DNA from: Leptospira sp.
Lineage (GTDB): Bacteria > Spirochaetota > Leptospiria > Leptospirales > Leptospiraceae
DNA: 64,000 nt
NCBI GenBank assembly: GCA_034439575.1
Contig: JAWXAQ010000030.1
Location: 218,475 to 282,474 of the forward strand
Reading direction: 5' to 3'
In this document: in pieces, positions 20,710 to 31,091 of the stretch
Numbering within the stretch: the stretch's first letter is position 1
Layout: each line of letters begins with the position of its first letter
Made by a program: the position numbers and the translations under genes
Notes under the pieces: model-generated
The model's database searches: none
What the model was told of the DNA's origin: nothing
Seen by the model: the letters and a program-made list of their open reading frames with translations, nothing else

Positions 20710-23223
20710 CTACTTTTCACGAAAAGTGTATTTGGTTTTTGGTTCAAGCGTTGGTAACATAGGTACTTTCCAAATGTCTTCCGCGTATTCACGAATCGTA
20801 CGATCCGAAGAAAACTTGCCTGACCTGGCCACATTATAAATCGACTTTTCTGTCCACAAGTCCACATTCAAAAAATCATGCGCGATACGATCTTGCATTT
20901 CATCATACGCCTGAAAATCGGCGAGTAATAGATAGTTATCATTGTACACAAGACTGTCATATATAGGATTAAAAATACCATGTTCTGATTGTGAAAAATA
21001 ATTCTCCCGAATCATCATAAGCACTCTTTTTAATTCCTCGTTTTGATTTAGATATTCTAGTGGATTATAACCCTTAGCTTTAAGTGCATATACCTCAGGC
21101 GTTTTTAATCCAAAAATATAAATATTTTCTTCACCAACTTCTTCTAACATTTCTACATTCGCACCATCTAAAGTGCCAATTGTTAAAGCTCCATTTAACA
21201 TAAATTTCATATTACTCGTTCCTGAAGCTTCTGTTCCAGCTGTAGAAATTTGTTCTGATAAATTGGTTCCAGGAATAATACATTCAGCAAGAGAAACTCT
21301 ATAGTTAGGAAGAAACACTACCTTCAATCGATCACGAACATCTGGATCTTTGTTTACAATTTGAGCTACATTATTGATCAGCTTAATAATAAGCTTAGCC
21401 ATATAATATCCCGGTGCGGCTTTACCACCAAAGATAACAGTACGATTCGTAACACTTATAGAAGGATTTTCCTTGATTCTTCTATATAAGGCAATCACTC
21501 GCAAAACATTGAGTAATTGCCTTTTGTATTCATGGAATCTTTTGATTTGAACATCAATTAGTGAATGACTGTCGATGGAAATACCAGTCTCACTTTTGAT
21601 TAACTTGGAAAGATTATCTTTATTGATTTGTTTGACTCTTGCCCAATCATTTTTGAAATCAGCATCCTTAACAAATTTTTCCAAATCTCTTAATTGATAT
21701 AAGTCTGTTGCAAATTTATTTCCTATATTTTTTGCAATAAGGTTAGTTAGACTTGGGTTAGATTGAATCAACCATCTTCTAGGTGTTATGCCATTGGTTT
21801 TGTTGTTAAATTTCTCTGGGTAAATTTTATAGAAGGATTGAAAGATCGTTTGAACAATGAGTTCAGAGTGCAATGCGGCGACACCATTGACTTTGTGTGA
21901 ACCGATAACAGCCAGATTTGCCATTCGGATTCTTTTTTCATTTCCTTCTTGGATGATACTCACTTCGCTGATTTCAGAATCTGTAAGTTTCCCAGTCTTT
22001 TTTGCAAATTTCAAAAACCTATGATTGATTTCATAAATGATCTCTAAGTGACGAGGCAATAGTCTTTCAAATAGACTCACTTTCCAATTTTCTAATGCTT
22101 CAGGCAAAACTGTATGGTTTGTATAGGCAAATATCTTATTTGTAAGTTCCCATGCCCTATCCCATTCCCAATCTTCTTGGTCGAGTAAAACTCTCATCAA
22201 CTCAGCAATCCCAATACTTGGATGAGTGTCATTTAATTGAATCGCAATTTTATCACCTAAGAAGTCTAAGCTGGCATGGGTCTTTCTATGATTGATCAGG
22301 ATATCTTGCAAGGAAGAACAGACCATGAAATACTGTTGTTTGAGACGAAGTTCCTTTCCTTGTTCGGTGGTGTCGTTCGGATAAAGTACCTTTGATATAT
22401 TTTCAGAAATTGATTTATCTTGCACGGCTTTCATATAGTCGCCATGATTAAAATAATCTAAGTTAAATTCTTCCGAAGACTTTGCAGTCCACAAACGAAG
22501 GTAATTCACCGTACTCGTGTTAAACCCTGGTATAGGGCAATCATGTGCAGATGCAAGTACTGTTTCACCAGGAACCCAATAATGTTCCGTTTTTCCTTTT
22601 CCGGAAATGCGAGTTTCCGTATACCCATAAAATCCTATGGAATGAGTGATGTCGGCTCGAATGACTTCATAAGGTACACCATCTGCATCCCAATGGTCTG
22701 GCATTTCCAATTGTGACCCATTAGCAATGATTTGGTTAAATATCCCGTAATCGTATCTAATCCCATACCCAAAGCCTGGTATGTTAAGTGTCGCCATGGA
22801 ATCCAAAAAACATGCGGCGAGTCTTCCAAGCCCTCCGTTTCCAAGCCCCGCATCCATTTCAAACTCCAAAACTTCAGATAATTGAAATCCAAAGCCGTCT
22901 ATCATTTCATTGACGACATCGTATAAGCCTAAATTGATGAGAGCATTCAAAAGGGTCCGGCCCATAAGAAATTCTAAGGAAAAATAAAAAACCTGTTTCG
23001 GGTTTTCACTGCGATACCTTTCATTTGTTACATTCAATCGATCTATGAGAAAATCGCGGACAGTGTGTCCAAGAGCTTTGTAGATATCTTCGTTTTTTAC
23101 CGTATACCGACTCTTTCCGATCGTGTATTCTAAATGGTGAGAAAATTGTTTTTCTAGGGAATTTAGGTCAGCCTTTTGTTCTTCAGAAAGGAGAGTGAGT
23201 AGACGGGAATTTTCTAAGATCAT
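20710..23223 (-). CDS. glgP: Glycogen/alpha-glucan phosphorylase
   Basis: GLGNGGLGRLAACF, QLNDTHP, KRFHEYKRQ, EASGTSNMKFMLNG, FSSDRTI. Confidence 0.98.
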   Translation of the reverse strand: MILENSRLLTLLSEEQKADLNSLEKQFSHHLEYTIGKSRYTVKNEDIYKALGHTVRDFLIDRLNVTNERYRSENPKQVFYFSLEFLMGRTLLNALINLGLYDVVNEMIDGFGFQLSEVLEFEMDAGLGNGGLGRLAACFLDSMATLNIPGFGYGIRYDYGIFNQIIANGSQLEMPDHWDADGVPYEVIRADITHSIGFYGYTETRISGKGKTEHYWVPGETVLASAHDCPIPGFNTSTVNYLRLWTAKSSEEFNLDYFNHGDYMKAVQDKSISENISKVLYPNDTTEQGKELRLKQQYFMVCSSLQDILINHRKTHASLDFLGDKIAIQLNDTHPSIGIAELMRVLLDQEDWEWDRAWELTNKIFAYTNHTVLPEALENWKVSLFERLLPRHLEIIYEINHRFLKFAKKTGKLTDSEISEVSIIQEGNEKRIRMANLAVIGSHKVNGVAALHSELIVQTIFQSFYKIYPEKFNNKTNGITPRRWLIQSNPSLTNLIAKNIGNKFATDLYQLRDLEKFVKDADFKNDWARVKQINKDNLSKLIKSETGISIDSHSLIDVQIKRFHEYKRQLLNVLRVIALYRRIKENPSISVTNRTVIFGGKAAPGYYMAKLIIKLINNVAQIVNKDPDVRDRLKVVFLPNYRVSLAECIIPGTNLSEQISTAGTEASGTSNMKFMLNGALTIGTLDGANVEMLEEVGEENIYIFGLKTPEVYALKAKGYNPLEYLNQNEELKRVLMMIRENYFSQSEHGIFNPIYDSLVYNDNYLLLADFQAYDEMQDRIAHDFLNVDLWTEKSIYNVARSGKFSSDRTIREYAEDIWKVPMLPTLEPKTKYTFREK

Positions 23224-23280
23224 GGATGCAAATAATACACATCCTTTGATTTGTATTCAAGTAAAAGAAATCGTGAAAAT

Positions 23281-23736
23281 TTAATCTCGAGCGGAAATTT
23301 TACGATCCAAAATCAAAACCGCACCCACAGGGATTTTGTTTTTTTCATACCAACCCAAATTGACTTCCAAAGCATAACGGGCAGGATTCAGAGAATTATA
23401 AACTTCCGTGGTTTGATTTGGTTTCATATCGTGAGTTTCCAGGAGTTTGAGATTTGCATCAAAATACCCAAGAGATAACGGAATCATTGTATTTTTCATC
23501 CAAAAGGAAAGGTATTCCGATTTTGGAAATACAAACAACATCCCTTGGTCTTCACCGAGTTCAGTTCTGTGCATAAGACCGATCGCCCGCGTGGATGGGT
23601 TATTTGCCACTTCTAATTTAATCGCTTTTTCGGCTATGGAACCGAATATCATTTCCGTTTGTACTGGCGCGGAATCCGTCGGGCTACAATTTACTAAAAT
23701 TCCAAAAATTGATAAAAAAATAATTCGTATTAACAT
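23281..23736 (-). CDS. DUF192 family lipoprotein
   Basis: Lipobox ILVNC; GLMHR, GMLFVF, FWMKNT, YALEVN. Confidence 0.9.
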   Translation of the reverse strand: MLIRIIFLSIFGILVNCSPTDSAPVQTEMIFGSIAEKAIKLEVANNPSTRAIGLMHRTELGEDQGMLFVFPKSEYLSFWMKNTMIPLSLGYFDANLKLLETHDMKPNQTTEVYNSLNPARYALEVNLGWYEKNKIPVGAVLILDRKISARD

Positions 23737-23739
23737 AAA

Positions 23740-24510
23740 TTAGCCTCCAAAATTTGGCTTTCTTTTCTCCAAAAATGCACTTAAGCCTTCTTTTGTTTCC
23801 ATATCTGCGAATCTTCCACCAAACAACTGTTTTTCCCATTCCAAACCACGATCAAGACTTGTCTCAATCCCTTGGCGAATGGCCATTTTTGCTGCACGAA
23901 TCGCATTTGGTCCACGGCTTAAAATCGTTTGGATCAATTTTTCTGCTTCGTTTAGCAAATCTTCTGATGTAGTCACTCGATTGACAATCCCTAAACGAAA
24001 ACCCTCTTCTGCAGAAATCATATCTCCAGTAAATATTAATTCGCTAGCACGCCCGACGCCAATTATTCTAGGCAGGCGCTGGGAACCACCGAATCCAGGT
24101 AAGAGCCCGAGTGATACTTCAGGTAAACCTAATTTTGCATTTGTTGTAGCAAATCTCATGTCACAAGCCAAAGCCAATTCCAATCCACCTCCAAGCGCAA
24201 AACCATTGATTGCTGCGAGAGATACAAGTGGAGATAGTTCCAGTTTTCGAAATACTTCTTGGCCAAGACCTGAAAAATCTCTACCCGCTGGTTCATTAAA
24301 TTCTTTCATTTTGGCAATATCAGCACCAGCCACAAACGCTTTGCCTTCGCCAGTCAAAATGAATGCACGAATCTGTGGGTCAGTTTCCAATAAGCTAACT
24401 GCTTTACCAATTTCTCTGATCACTTCATCATTGAGTGCGTTTAATGCCTCTGGTCTTTTGATCGTCACCAATGCAAAGTTAGTTTTTTTCTGAATATCAA
24501 TAAATCCCAA
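23740..24510 (-). CDS. Enoyl-CoA hydratase/isomerase
   Basis: RPEALNAL, AFVAGADI, GFALGGGLELALACD, GLPEVSLGLLPGFGG. Confidence 0.95.
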   Translation of the reverse strand: MGFIDIQKKTNFALVTIKRPEALNALNDEVIREIGKAVSLLETDPQIRAFILTGEGKAFVAGADIAKMKEFNEPAGRDFSGLGQEVFRKLELSPLVSLAAINGFALGGGLELALACDMRFATTNAKLGLPEVSLGLLPGFGGSQRLPRIIGVGRASELIFTGDMISAEEGFRLGIVNRVTTSEDLLNEAEKLIQTILSRGPNAIRAAKMAIRQGIETSLDRGLEWEKQLFGGRFADMETKEGLSAFLEKRKPNFGG

Positions 24511-24526
24511 TTTGGTCTCCGTAATT

Positions 24527-25909
24527 TTAATCTAATTCTATAAGTAAAAACATCATATCATCTGAAAATGATTCTATGCCGAACTCAGTTTTTAAATCAA
24601 GTAAGATTGCCTTTTCTAAATCAGGCAAAAGTTCTATATTTTTGTTTCGATTTAAAATTTGTAAAAATCCGTCCGATCCAAGCTCTTCCCCTTGTGAAGT
24701 GGCACATTCAATTAATCCATCAGTATAAATGACAAATCTATCACCTGAACTTAAAGACACAATTTTTTCAGAAACGATCGGCGAACGAATATTAAAACCA
24801 AGAATGGCACCTTCGGTTTCAATTTCTACAAATTCTTTTTCGCGAGGGCAATGAATCAAATATGGATGTCCTGCATTTCCAATCGTGAGCCGTTTTTCTA
24901 AAAAATCAAAAAACAAATACACTGCCGATGCATGATAACGATTTAAATCTTTTACTAATCTTTCGTCTAAATATTCCAACAACCTAACGGGCGATAATTT
25001 GAATCGATATGGGATTGTAGAAACAAGAACTTTCATAATGGAGGCAACCATGGCGGAAGAAATGCCATGTCCTGCAACATCCGTTAAAAATACACCGACG
25101 TTCCCTTCCCTGAGTTGTACGAAATCAAAGAAATCACCACCGATCACATTGGGATTTTTTCTATAATATTTATATTTTAAGCCATGAATTTTACTTTCTT
25201 TAGGAAAGAGTGCATCTTGTACTTTTTTAGCAAGTTCCAATTCTTGTTGCATTGCCCTTCTTTCTTCGGAATACCTGTAGAGATCTGATAAGTTTCTGCG
25301 CTTATTAAAAATAAATACAGATCCTATCACAGATGCCCCTATAAAAGTAATGATAGGGAATATTCGTGAGAACAATTGAGTCTCAGATATGATAGATTGT
25401 GGCAATAGTATAACATAAACTATATGAAAAATTACAAAATAAGCCCCTGAAAATACACAGGAAAATTTTTGTAATCGCAAACTATATAATAATATCAAAA
25501 TACTACTTACCATCAAGTAAGCATTTGTTAAATAAAAATTTTCTATACTTGGGTGAGATTGAATTGTTATTCCAATTATGATATAAAATAAGGCATCAGA
25601 TATCACACCAGAAATATAAATCGCATAACTTAATTTATATTTTTTCAATAAACTAACAATAACCAAAATTAGACGAACAATCGTTATCGATAATAAATAA
25701 GGAATGATACTTGAAATTAATTCAAAAAAAGGCGGGAGGATGATTAGAAAATAAAAGAAAAAATGAATGAAAAAAGTGTAATTTGTATATTCTTTATCAT
25801 ACTTTTCGTTCATTAAATGAAGGATTTCACTTTCAGAACTTCTTCCTGATTTGAAAAGATCTAGAAAACCACGTCCAAATGAGGACCCGTGCATTAGGGC
25901 TCTCCCCAA
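24527..25909 (-). CDS. Membrane-bound PP2C (SpoIIE/RsbU-like) phosphatase
   Basis: About 6 TM helices followed by ELELAKKVQ, GGDFFD, DVAGHG, NAGHP, YTDGL and DDM. The start may be an internal ATG near 25813. Confidence 0.9.
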   Translation of the reverse strand: MGRALMHGSSFGRGFLDLFKSGRSSESEILHLMNEKYDKEYTNYTFFIHFFFYFLIILPPFFELISSIIPYLLSITIVRLILVIVSLLKKYKLSYAIYISGVISDALFYIIIGITIQSHPSIENFYLTNAYLMVSSILILLYSLRLQKFSCVFSGAYFVIFHIVYVILLPQSIISETQLFSRIFPIITFIGASVIGSVFIFNKRRNLSDLYRYSEERRAMQQELELAKKVQDALFPKESKIHGLKYKYYRKNPNVIGGDFFDFVQLREGNVGVFLTDVAGHGISSAMVASIMKVLVSTIPYRFKLSPVRLLEYLDERLVKDLNRYHASAVYLFFDFLEKRLTIGNAGHPYLIHCPREKEFVEIETEGAILGFNIRSPIVSEKIVSLSSGDRFVIYTDGLIECATSQGEELGSDGFLQILNRNKNIELLPDLEKAILLDLKTEFGIESFSDDMMFLLIELD

Positions 25910-26235
25910 ATCAAGGTCTTAATTTCTGAACCCGCGAGAGTGATAGTAAAAGATTTACCACTTTCAAGATATAGATCCAATTGACTCGCTAAATCAATGG
26001 CTTTCTTTTGATCTTCCAACCGAAAGAAAAATGGAGAAGAAACAGCTTTATAATTGTAAGGAAATCGCTCGGATACTAATAGTGTGACACGGTAGTGATC
26101 AATTCTTGGTTCCAAAACGATATGACTTACTTCTTTACGAGATAAGACTCGTGTGGTAGGGAGTCGGTTCCAAGGATTTGATTCCCCAAAAACAGATAAA
26201 AAAAGAAAAAAATAGAGACCTAAGATTCGCATCAT
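25894..26235 (-). CDS. Hypothetical exported protein
   Basis: Likely start MMRILGLYFFLFLSVFG (signal peptide). The longer ORF to 26499 overlaps the divergent gene. Confidence 0.65.
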   Translation of the reverse strand: MMRILGLYFFLFLSVFGESNPWNRLPTTRVLSRKEVSHIVLEPRIDHYRVTLLVSERFPYNYKAVSSPFFFRLEDQKKAIDLASQLDLYLESGKSFTITLAGSEIKTLIWGEP

Positions 26236-26275
26236 ATGATAGAATTTTCGGTAAACTCTGTTAAGAGAATAGTAC

Positions 26276-27307
26276 ATGATTAAATTAAACGTGCCCTTAT
26301 ACATCCTATTTCTTCTTTCCGTTCCTCTTGTCAACTGTAGACCCGATCCACCACCAATCCCGACCAATCCATATGCTGTCTGGAATTTGAATGATCCAGG
26401 TTTACAAAGAAGATCTTTAAATTTTCCTCTTGGTGAAACTTGGGACCAAAGGGCTAAAGAACTAGATGCTGTAAGAAAAAGCACACTCCTTGCGATCAAT
26501 GAAATCGATGGTATATCAGATATTCCAAGTGGTGCACCAGATGCGAATGTATTTGCTTCAAAGCTTTCAAAAATTCGTCAGTCATTTCCTGACAAAGTAA
26601 ATGAACAATTTGACCAATACGTTTTTGCCGTATATTTTGTTCGTAATTTAGGTAGCTCAGGTTTAACGGGCATTATTCGATACAACAAAGAACCTATTGG
26701 TGGCATTATATTTATTGATACGGAACGTCTTTCCAAAAAAGCAAATGAATGGGCGACTGAAAAAGAGAAAACTGTTTTTTCCTTTGCCCCAGGCCAAGAT
26801 TTGAAAGTCACTTTAGAAACGGATGAAAATAATACGATAGAAAATAGTCTCGCCTTTATTCTGTTACATGAATTTGGACATATACTTGCAACAGTGGATG
26901 CCGTTGCACCTGATTTCAGTTTAATGAAAAGAGATTTCAAATCGTTTCCATACTTCAAGGACTTTTGGTTTACGGAAGTTCATTCTGAATATGATACAGA
27001 TATCAAAGATAGAACCAAAATTAAATTTTATTCGAAAGAAAAAATTCCGTTTTCACCGAATGGATTGGATCTTTATTCTGAGTTAGAAGATTCTCCTTTT
27101 GTCACACTTTATTCGGCAAATAATGCGGATGATAGTTTTGCTGAAGCCTATGCATCTTACGTTCATGTGATTTTACAGAATAAACCTTACGAAGTACATG
27201 CGATCCAAGATTCAGAATCAAAACTTATATTTGACAATGGAATCAACCGCAGTGAAGGAAAATCGCAAAGGGAATTCTTAAATAAAATTTTCGGTCGCAA
27301 AGAATAA
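26276..27307 (+). CDS. Lipoprotein, putative zinc metallopeptidase
   Basis: Lipobox PLVNC; LLHEFGH (HExxH) with downstream VTLYS and DDSFAE, resembling the gluzincin-type third-ligand region. Confidence 0.7.
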   Translation: MIKLNVPLYILFLLSVPLVNCRPDPPPIPTNPYAVWNLNDPGLQRRSLNFPLGETWDQRAKELDAVRKSTLLAINEIDGISDIPSGAPDANVFASKLSKIRQSFPDKVNEQFDQYVFAVYFVRNLGSSGLTGIIRYNKEPIGGIIFIDTERLSKKANEWATEKEKTVFSFAPGQDLKVTLETDENNTIENSLAFILLHEFGHILATVDAVAPDFSLMKRDFKSFPYFKDFWFTEVHSEYDTDIKDRTKIKFYSKEKIPFSPNGLDLYSELEDSPFVTLYSANNADDSFAEAYASYVHVILQNKPYEVHAIQDSESKLIFDNGINRSEGKSQREFLNKIFGRKE

Positions 27308-27321
27308 TACTGATACCCGAA

Positions 27322-28704
27322 ATGACGGTGTATCAGAAATTTAATTATGATATAATTAGAAAATATTATTTAATAAGTTTTATTTTCCTTTTACATTTAC
27401 TCCCATTAGGTGCCCAAAGTACAACTAACGAGGTTGTGGCGCCGTCAGAAAAAACCAAATTTGAAGAACCGAAAGTAATTGTTGTTACAAATGTAGAAAT
27501 TGTGAGTAACTTCGTATGGCGGGGCATTGATATCGGCGGAGATATGATGCATAGAAGGAACGGAGATTCTTACAAATCTGTTTCCTTTGCACCAGCCTTG
27601 CAACCCACAATTGACATTTTTTCTCCATCCAAAAATTTCCAATTTCAACTCTTTGGAAGTTTTCAAATTTCCCAAAGACATGACCGGGATTCAGATAAAC
27701 GTTTATTTCAATCCACACCCGGTGGTGTGGGTCCAAGTTATATAAGTGAAGAGCCAAGGTTTTGGGATCCTTCAAACCAAGACAATTGTGCACAAAATCT
27801 CCAGACACAAAGCTTGTCGGGTAACGGTAGTTTTACGGGTTGTGATAGAATTCCAGGTCAAGATATTTCACCGCAAAGAGAACCAAATGGAATGAGGCGA
27901 GCCGACGGATTGTTTTCTGGATTTACCTATCATTTTGATGAGGCCAAATGGGGATCCTTGTCTGTAGGGATTTGGTTTTACAATACTTTCAACAAATCAC
28001 CTGCTTTTGGAATGGCCCCTGCATCCCAAACCCCAAATCCATATGCATCTGGCGGAGTCGGTACACCTTACTCTCCCAATGTATATAACTCTAACAACAC
28101 AAATGCGATCACTCGACTTTCCTGGCATGAATATTTTATCTTTTATAAATTACCAGTTTTGAAACAATTGGAACCGACAATTTCCTTATATACTCAGTAT
28201 TCCACCGATAATGGTGGAATTATGGCTGGTCGAAATTATATTTCTTATTCAATGGGATATGAATTTAGAAAAGGAAATTTTTTCCGCAATATGCCATCAA
28301 TAAACATTGGCTATGCGGCCGCAAATAACCTCATTGATAATCGAAATGGAATTCAAGATATCACTGGATCTTGGAGCTTTTTTTTCGGAGACTTTTTTAC
28401 AAGAATCACCGGTGTTTATAAACCAGATTTATATATTTGGGATACGAACAATGCGTACGGATATGCAGGCGGTGAACCAAATCGAGCCAATTGGAACAGA
28501 ACTTCAAAAGATGGCCTGGTGCCAGACCCAAGCAAATTATATGGAGCAGAAAATTCCTTTGTATTAAATAGTATTGAAAGTTTAGATTTTGGAAATGCCG
28601 GTCTAAACGCATTAGGGAAAACCTACCTACGCGAAATGTACACTCTCCAAAAAATCCCTGCGTACATTTTGTATTACTCCTTCGGGTATACAAAAACATT
28701 TTAA
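27322..28704 (+). CDS. Putative outer-membrane beta-barrel/porin (TorF/Gcw_chp-like N-terminus)
   Basis: Signal peptide, VSNFVWRG...PALQP motif, C-terminal YSFGYTKTF. Confidence 0.6.
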   Translation: MTVYQKFNYDIIRKYYLISFIFLLHLLPLGAQSTTNEVVAPSEKTKFEEPKVIVVTNVEIVSNFVWRGIDIGGDMMHRRNGDSYKSVSFAPALQPTIDIFSPSKNFQFQLFGSFQISQRHDRDSDKRLFQSTPGGVGPSYISEEPRFWDPSNQDNCAQNLQTQSLSGNGSFTGCDRIPGQDISPQREPNGMRRADGLFSGFTYHFDEAKWGSLSVGIWFYNTFNKSPAFGMAPASQTPNPYASGGVGTPYSPNVYNSNNTNAITRLSWHEYFIFYKLPVLKQLEPTISLYTQYSTDNGGIMAGRNYISYSMGYEFRKGNFFRNMPSINIGYAAANNLIDNRNGIQDITGSWSFFFGDFFTRITGVYKPDLYIWDTNNAYGYAGGEPNRANWNRTSKDGLVPDPSKLYGAENSFVLNSIESLDFGNAGLNALGKTYLREMYTLQKIPAYILYYSFGYTKTF

Positions 28705-28769
28705 TATCGAAATTTATGATACGGATGGATGATTCTTTGGTTCATTTACTAACTAAAAATGAAATTTTC

Positions 28770-28797
28770 TTGACAGAGATAGAAAACAGATTATAAG
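28770..28797 (+). promoter_or_regulatory. Putative sigma70 promoter of the chemotaxis cluster
   Basis: TTGACA-N16-TATAAG about 30 nt upstream of the MCP ATG; SD AAGGA present. Confidence 0.5.
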
Positions 28798-28828
28798 TAC
28801 CCCACTCTTCCTCTAAGGACTTACAACC

Positions 28829-30565
28829 ATGAAATGGTTTAGCAATCTTAAGATTCGTACCAGATTACTTTTGGGATATTTTATCGCGATTTTGTTTATG
28901 TTACTGATCGGAGCGGTTTCTCTTCATACCTCTCAACAGATATTATCAAGTTTACATACTGTTTATGCAGACCGAGTGGTTCCTATTAGTCAAATCAAAG
29001 AAGTCGGAAATTCATACCTTATTGGTATCATAGATGCTGCTCATAAAGCAAATGCGAAAAAAATATCTTATGACGTTGCCTTAACACAAATTAAAGCATC
29101 AGAAACAAAAGCTGATCGCATTTGGGCAACATACTTATCTACCTTTCTTGTGGAAGATGAAAAAGTCCTCATCGCCAAATTGGAAAAAGAATTTCCACCC
29201 CTTAAGCTAGGTATACAAAGACTTGAATCTATCTTACTCGCAAAAGATGAAAAAGCACTGGATACATTTGTTCGTGACGAAATGTATCCAGTTTTTGATC
29301 CGATTACTGGGCATTTAGAGGAATTAATCCAGGTTCAATTAAAAGTCGCCAAACACGAATCAGAATCTTCCGAACAAGATTTCAGGGAATCAATGGTAAT
29401 TTTTATTGGGATGTTTCTCCTTATCGTCTTTGTGGTGATTGTTATGGCCGTATTCATGTCTGGATCCATTTCCAATCCTATGAAAGAAATTGTGAAAGCA
29501 GCAAATGCGATTGCTATTGGTGATTTGAATGTAAGCATTTCAAAAAAATTGATCACTGACAGTGAAAATATAAATGAACAAATCGTAAGTAAATCAGAAA
29601 TCAAAATTTTGGTCTCAGCATTTCTTGAACTTGTCCAATTCATTAAAGAAAGATCAGCAATCCTTGAAAAAATTGCAATGAGTGACTTAACTTCAAATGT
29701 GGCTCTTCGTTCAGAACAAGACACATTGGGCAAAAGTTTAAAACTCATGTTGTCAAACCTTACATCCATCATAGAAAAATTAAGCTTCACCTCACAAGAA
29801 GTAGATTTAGGTGCACAACAACTTGCTGATGCCAGCACCTCCCTTTCCGAAGCGGCCAGTGAACAAGCAAGTGCTGTAGAAGAAATCTCAGCCACTCTCA
29901 CTGAAATTGGCAATAGTTTTATATCAAATGCTGATAATGCTTCCCGCATGACCCAATTATCCCAAACAACTAGCCAATTTGCGGCAGACGGAAATGAAAA
30001 AATGAGAGAACTCATCACAGCAATGCACGAGATTAGTGCAAGCTTTGAGCAAATCTCCAAAATCAATAAGGTCATTAATGATATTGCCTTTCAAACCAAT
30101 ATCTTAGCTTTGAATGCGGCAGTAGAAGCAGCGAGGGCTGGACAACATGGAAAGGGTTTTGCCGTCGTCGCAGATGAAGTTAGAAACCTTGCGCAAAAAA
30201 GTGCCAACGCGGCTGATGAAACGACCAATCTCATTGAAAATTCATTACTCAAGGTTAGATCAGGAAATTTAGCGACAGAAAAAGCGGCCGACGTATTACA
30301 AAAGATTGGTGAAAGTGCAGAAAGTGTAAATGCTTTAACGAACGATCTTTCCTTATCTATTCATGAACAAAAGTCTGCTGTTATGCAAATTACACAAGGA
30401 GTCGACCAGGTGACGACTGTTACTTCTATGACAGCGGCATCTGCCGAAGAAGTTGCTGCATCAAGTGAAACTTTAAAACGACAAGTAGAAGTTATGCGCT
30501 CTCTCATTTTGGGATTTAAAATCTCTACAGATCAAAATTCTACTGCCTTAGTTAGGTTAGACTAG
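28829..30565 (+). CDS. Methyl-accepting chemotaxis protein (4-helix-bundle sensor, HAMP)
   Basis: Two TM helices, VYADRVVP, hairpin tip IAFQTNILALNAAVEAARAGQHGKGFAVVADEVRNLA. Confidence 0.97.
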   Translation: MKWFSNLKIRTRLLLGYFIAILFMLLIGAVSLHTSQQILSSLHTVYADRVVPISQIKEVGNSYLIGIIDAAHKANAKKISYDVALTQIKASETKADRIWATYLSTFLVEDEKVLIAKLEKEFPPLKLGIQRLESILLAKDEKALDTFVRDEMYPVFDPITGHLEELIQVQLKVAKHESESSEQDFRESMVIFIGMFLLIVFVVIVMAVFMSGSISNPMKEIVKAANAIAIGDLNVSISKKLITDSENINEQIVSKSEIKILVSAFLELVQFIKERSAILEKIAMSDLTSNVALRSEQDTLGKSLKLMLSNLTSIIEKLSFTSQEVDLGAQQLADASTSLSEAASEQASAVEEISATLTEIGNSFISNADNASRMTQLSQTTSQFAADGNEKMRELITAMHEISASFEQISKINKVINDIAFQTNILALNAAVEAARAGQHGKGFAVVADEVRNLAQKSANAADETTNLIENSLLKVRSGNLATEKAADVLQKIGESAESVNALTNDLSLSIHEQKSAVMQITQGVDQVTTVTSMTAASAEEVAASSETLKRQVEVMRSLILGFKISTDQNSTALVRLD

Positions 30566-30584
30566 GTTTATTTAAATCAATATT

Positions 30585-31091
30585 ATGAAAAATAGATTCA
30601 ATGCATGGCAAGAAGTGGAGGCGGAAGACACAATGGAAGGATTGTATCTTTCCTTTTCTGTGAATCAAAGAGATTATGCTTTTGAAGTTAGAAATCTTGT
30701 CGAGATTGTTGCCCTTCCCAAAATCACATCAATCCCTGGAACTGCTAATTTTTTAAGAGGAGTTATTAATCTTCGAGGCAAAGTGATCCCAGTTATGGAT
30801 ATGCGCCTTAGATTTTTGATCGAAGCTATTGATTATTCAGATCGCACATGTGTACTCATTGTTAAACTCGGGGAAATTCTTCTTGGACTGATTGTAGACA
30901 AAGTATTGGAAGTCTTAAGAATTCCCGCAGAACATATTGATCCTGCTCCCAAAATTGGAGAATCACAAGCGAGTCAGTTTATAACTTCCACAGGCAGAGT
31001 TGAAGATAAACTAATCATCATCATTGATCTAAACAAACTTCTCAATGATGATGAATCGCAAGTGATCAAACAAGTACCCGTATCAGGTTGA
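30585..31091 (+). CDS. cheW: Chemotaxis coupling protein CheW
   Basis: GVINLRGKVIPVMD, GLIVDKVLEV. Confidence 0.96.
   Translation: MKNRFNAWQEVEAEDTMEGLYLSFSVNQRDYAFEVRNLVEIVALPKITSIPGTANFLRGVINLRGKVIPVMDMRLRFLIEAIDYSDRTCVLIVKLGEILLGLIVDKVLEVLRIPAEHIDPAPKIGESQASQFITSTGRVEDKLIIIIDLNKLLNDDESQVIKQVPVSG

Noticed and set aside
26236-26499. Long version of the minus-strand ORF 25894..26499
   Set aside because: It overlaps the divergent lipoprotein gene; the signal peptide starts at 26235.
29335-30075. 246-aa antisense ORF inside the MCP (similarly 23879..24493, 13276..13788, 60682..61275 and other shadow ORFs)
   Set aside because: Antisense shadows of well-supported genes with no recognisable motifs.
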